From Heterodontus francisci (taxonomy: Eukaryota), in the NCBI RefSeq assembly GCF_036365525.1, contig NC_090384.1, positions 55,363,895 through 55,427,894 on the forward strand: a stretch of 64,000 nucleotides of DNA. The letters are read 5' to 3'. The translations under genes and the position numbers were made by a program. Positions 60,682 through 64,000 of this stretch are shown piece after piece (the stretch's first letter is position 1; each line of letters opens with the position of its first letter). The notes under the pieces were generated by a model, which was given only the letters and a program-made list of their open reading frames with translations, searched no databases and was not told the DNA's origin.

Positions 60682-62928
60682 AGAGGTGAGGGAGGAAGAG
60701 GTGAGGGAGGAAGAGGTGAGGGAGGAAGAGGTGAGGGAGGAAGAGGTGAGGGAGGAAGAGGTGAGGGAGGAAGAGGTGAGGGAGGAAGAGGTGAGGGAGG
60801 AAGAGGTGAGGGAGGAAGAGGTGAGGGAGGAAGAGGTGAGGGAGGAAGAGGTGAGGGAGGAAGAGGTGAGGGAGGAAGAGGTGAGGGAGGAAGAGGTGAG
60901 GGAGGAAGAGGTGAGGGAGGAAGAGGTGAGGGAGGAAGAGGTGAGGGAGGAAGAGGTGAGGGAGGAAGAGGTGAGGGAGGAAGAGGTGAGGGAGGAAGAG
61001 GTGAGGGAGGAAGAGGTGAGGGAGGAAGAGGTGAGGGAGGAAGAGGTGAGGGAGGAAGAGGTGAGGGAGGAAGAGGTGAGGGAGGAAGAGGTGAGGGAGG
61101 AAGAGGTGAGGGAGGAAGAGGTGAGGGAGGAAGAGGTGAGGGAGGAAGAGGTGAGGGAGGAAGAGGTGAGGGAGGAAGAGGTGAGGGAGGAAGAGGTGAG
61201 GGAGGAAGAGGTGAGGGAGGAAGAGGTGAGGGAGGAAGAGGTGAGGGAGGAAGAGGTGAGGGAGGAAGAGGTGAGGGAGGAAGAGGTGAGGGAGGAAGAG
61301 GTGAGGGAGGAAGAGGTGAGGGAGGAAGAGGTGAGGGAGGAAGAGGTGAGGGAGGAAGAGGTGAGGGAGGAAGAGGTGAGGGAGGAAGAGGTGAGGGAGG
61401 AAGAGGTGAGGGAGGAAGAGGTGAGGGAGGAAGAGGTGAGGGAGGAAGAGGTGAGGGAGGAAGAGGTGAGGGAGGAAGAGGTGAGGGAGGAAGAGGTGAG
61501 GGAGGAAGAGGTGAGGGAGGAAGAGGTGAGGGAGGAAGAGGTGAGGGAGGAAGAGGTGAGGGAGGAAGAGGTGAGGGAGGAAGAGGTGAGGGAGGAAGAG
61601 GTGAGGGAGGAAGAGGTGAGGGAGGAAGAGGTGAGGGAGGAAGAGGTGAGGGAGGAAGAGGTGAGGGAGGAAGAGGTGAGGGAGGAAGAGGTGAGGGAGG
61701 AAGAGGTGAGGGAGGAAGAGGTGAGGGAGGAAGAGGTGAGGGAGGAAGAGGTGAGGGAGGAAGAGGTGAGGGAGGAAGAGGTGAGGGAGGAAGAGGTGAG
61801 GGAGGAAGAGGTGAGGGAGGAAGAGGTGAGGGAGGAAGAGGTGAGGGAGGAAGAGGTGAGGGAGGAAGAGGTGAGGGAGGAAGAGGTGAGGGAGGAAGAG
61901 GTGAGGGAGGAAGAGGTGAGGGAGGAAGAGGTGAGGGAGGAAGAGGTGAGGGAGGAAGAGGTGAGGGAGGAAGAGGTGAGGGAGGAAGAGGTGAGGGAGG
62001 AAGAGGTGAGGGAGGAAGAGGTGAGGGAGGAAGAGGTGAGGGAGGAAGAGGTGAGGGAGGAAGAGGTGAGGGAGGAAGAGGTGAGGGAGGAAGAGGTGAG
62101 GGAGGAAGAGGTGAGGGAGGAAGAGGTGAGGGAGGAAGAGGTGAGGGAGGAAGAGGTGAGGGAGGAAGAGGTGAGGGAGGAAGAGGTGAGGGAGGAAGAG
62201 GTGAGGGAGGAAGAGGTGAGGGAGGAAGAGGTGAGGGAGGAAGAGGTGAGGGAGGAAGAGGTGAGGGAGGAAGAGGTGAGGGAGGAAGAGGTGAGGGAGG
62301 AAGAGGTGAGGGAGGAAGAGGTGAGGGAGGAAGAGGTGAGGGAGGAAGAGGTGAGGGAGGAAGAGGTGAGGGAGGAAGAGGTGAGGGAGGAAGAGGTGAG
62401 GGAGGAAGAGGTGAGGGAGGAAGAGGTGAGGGAGGAAGAGGTGAGGGAGGAAGAGGTGAGGGAGGAAGAGGTGAGGGAGGAAGAGGTGAGGGAGGAAGAG
62501 GTGAGGGAGGAAGAGGTGAGGGAGGAAGAGGTGAGGGAGGAAGAGGTGAGGGAGGAAGAGGTGAGGGAGGAAGAGGTGAGGGAGGAAGAGGTGAGGGAGG
62601 AAGAGGTGAGGGAGGAAGAGGTGAGGGAGGAAGAGGTGAGGGAGGAAGAGGTGAGGGAGGAAGAGGTGAGGGAGGAAGAGGTGAGGGAGGAAGAGGTGAG
62701 GGAGGAAGAGGTGAGGGAGGAAGAGGTGAGGGAGGAAGAGGTGAGGGAGGAAGAGGTGAGGGAGGAAGAGGTGAGGGAGGAAGAGGTGAGGGAGGAAGAG
62801 GTGAGGGAGGAAGAGGTGAGGGAGGAAGAGGTGAGGGAGGAAGAGGTGAGGGAGGAAGAGGTGAGGGAGGAAGAGGTGAGGGAGGAAGAGGTGAGGGAGG
62901 AAGAGGTGAGGGAGGAAGAGGTGAGGGA
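60682..62928. repeat. Perfect tandem satellite (AGAGGTGAGGGAGGA)n, 15-bp unit, ~150 copies
   Basis: Directly visible; no variant units seen until the last one. Confidence 0.98.
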
Positions 62929-63372
62929 AGAAGGATTTAAGAAGGCAATGAAAGGAGGGGAAAAAAGCCAGAGGTCAGGCTTCGCTTTCCAGGATGATGT
63001 TAGAGTAGTGTAAAAGTGGTCCAGCCAGATCTGGTGATGGATGGGCTAAGCCTGTTGTGCAGTAGATACACTGCAGTCTGCACTCCCAATAAAAAAAAAA
63101 CAAAATAAAGTGCCTCATGTTATCAGATTCCAGTCTTCAAAGGTGGACCATGTTTTAGGAACACATGACCAAAATATTCATGTCACAGTTCTGATCTATC
63201 TTGAATTTTGGACATAATTATCTTCAGTGATGTGCAATTGCAGACAATCAGGCAGCTATCGACTGATATTAACTTTATTTTGGGGTGAAGGGGATTAAAG
63301 GAGGCAAACCTTCTGTGACAATTAGAAAATACAGTTACAATTTTCTTAAGCTTCAAATTTTCATTTGCACAA

Positions 63373-63470
63373 TAAAAATAAGAAATGCAGGAAATACTCA
63401 GCAGGTCTGGCAGCATCTGTGGAGAGAGAAGCAGAGTTAACATTTCAGGTCAGTGACCCTTCTTCAGAAC
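63373..63470 (-). mobile_element. Penelope-derived element with an intact CTGAAGA..GAAA hammerhead-like core
   Basis: Minus strand reads GTTCTGAAGA-AGGGTCACTGACCT-GAAATGTTAAC. Confidence 0.7.
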
Positions 63471-64000
63471 CCTTCATTATTTGTACATATTGGCCAATCA
63501 CATTATAAACTTTACATCAGTCATATTTTGTTTCGCGCTGGCATGAAAATAGGGGTATATGTTGATGTGAAGGTGTTTTAATCTAATGTAGGTAAGCTTT
63601 AGCTTTGTACTAGCTACAGAGTAACTGCAATAGGCAGAAAATGTTCTTTTTAAACTTAATTAAGTTTTTATTTAATTGTAGCAAACAAAAGTGATGAGGA
63701 ACCGATTATTCATATCCGACTTGAAACAACTGTTTCTCTCTTTCCACAGATGCCGAGAGACCTACTATATATTTCCAGCACTTTCTATTTTTATTTCAGA
63801 TTTCCAGTATCCGCAGTATTTTGCTTTCATTACCCAATTACCGAACTCCGGTTTATCAGCTCTACTTCATTTGAAGGAGGTTTAAGTATTAAAATGCACT
63901 TACACCAAAATTCTCTAACCATTGCATCTTCCTACAGCACACAGTTAGCTGCAGTTAATAACATATGATCCACATCCAAAAAGCCCTGGAAAAATGTATG

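Noticed and set aside
60686-63013. 775-aa (VREEE)n ORF
   Set aside because: Artefact of a stop-free 15-bp satellite; GTG start, no splice context and no synonymous variation.

Overview
Vertebrate genomic DNA, almost certainly from a cartilaginous fish: it carries HE1-type V-SINEs, HER1/CR1 LINEs, DeuSINE-like and Penelope-derived repeats. Most of the window is intron filled with nested mobile elements. One host gene runs on the minus strand, and I reconstructed 10 in-frame phase-1/phase-1 exons (~956 codons) between 46361 and 4268. They encode an IgV and an IgC1 domain resembling B7-H6 (NCR3LG1), a transmembrane exon missed by the ORF track (23462-23572), six further IgC1-set domains after the membrane, and a 14-codon exon with a TxYxxI (TDYENI) tyrosine motif. 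Four of the six post-membrane domains have lost one canonical disulfide cysteine. The main candidate novel system is therefore a B7-H6-like type I membrane protein with a predicted cytosolic array of C1-set Ig domains. The leader exon and the terminal exon were not found. Other elements: a 12-kb LTR/ERV-like provirus (tRNA-Ser PBS, env-like remnant) in the C1-TM intron, a near-intact RTE LINE with a 19-bp TSD, a 4.3-kb element with ~280-bp terminal inverted repeats, a five-layer transposon nest, Penelope-derived hammerhead-like motifs, a solo LTR, and a ~150-copy perfect 15-bp purine-rich satellite.
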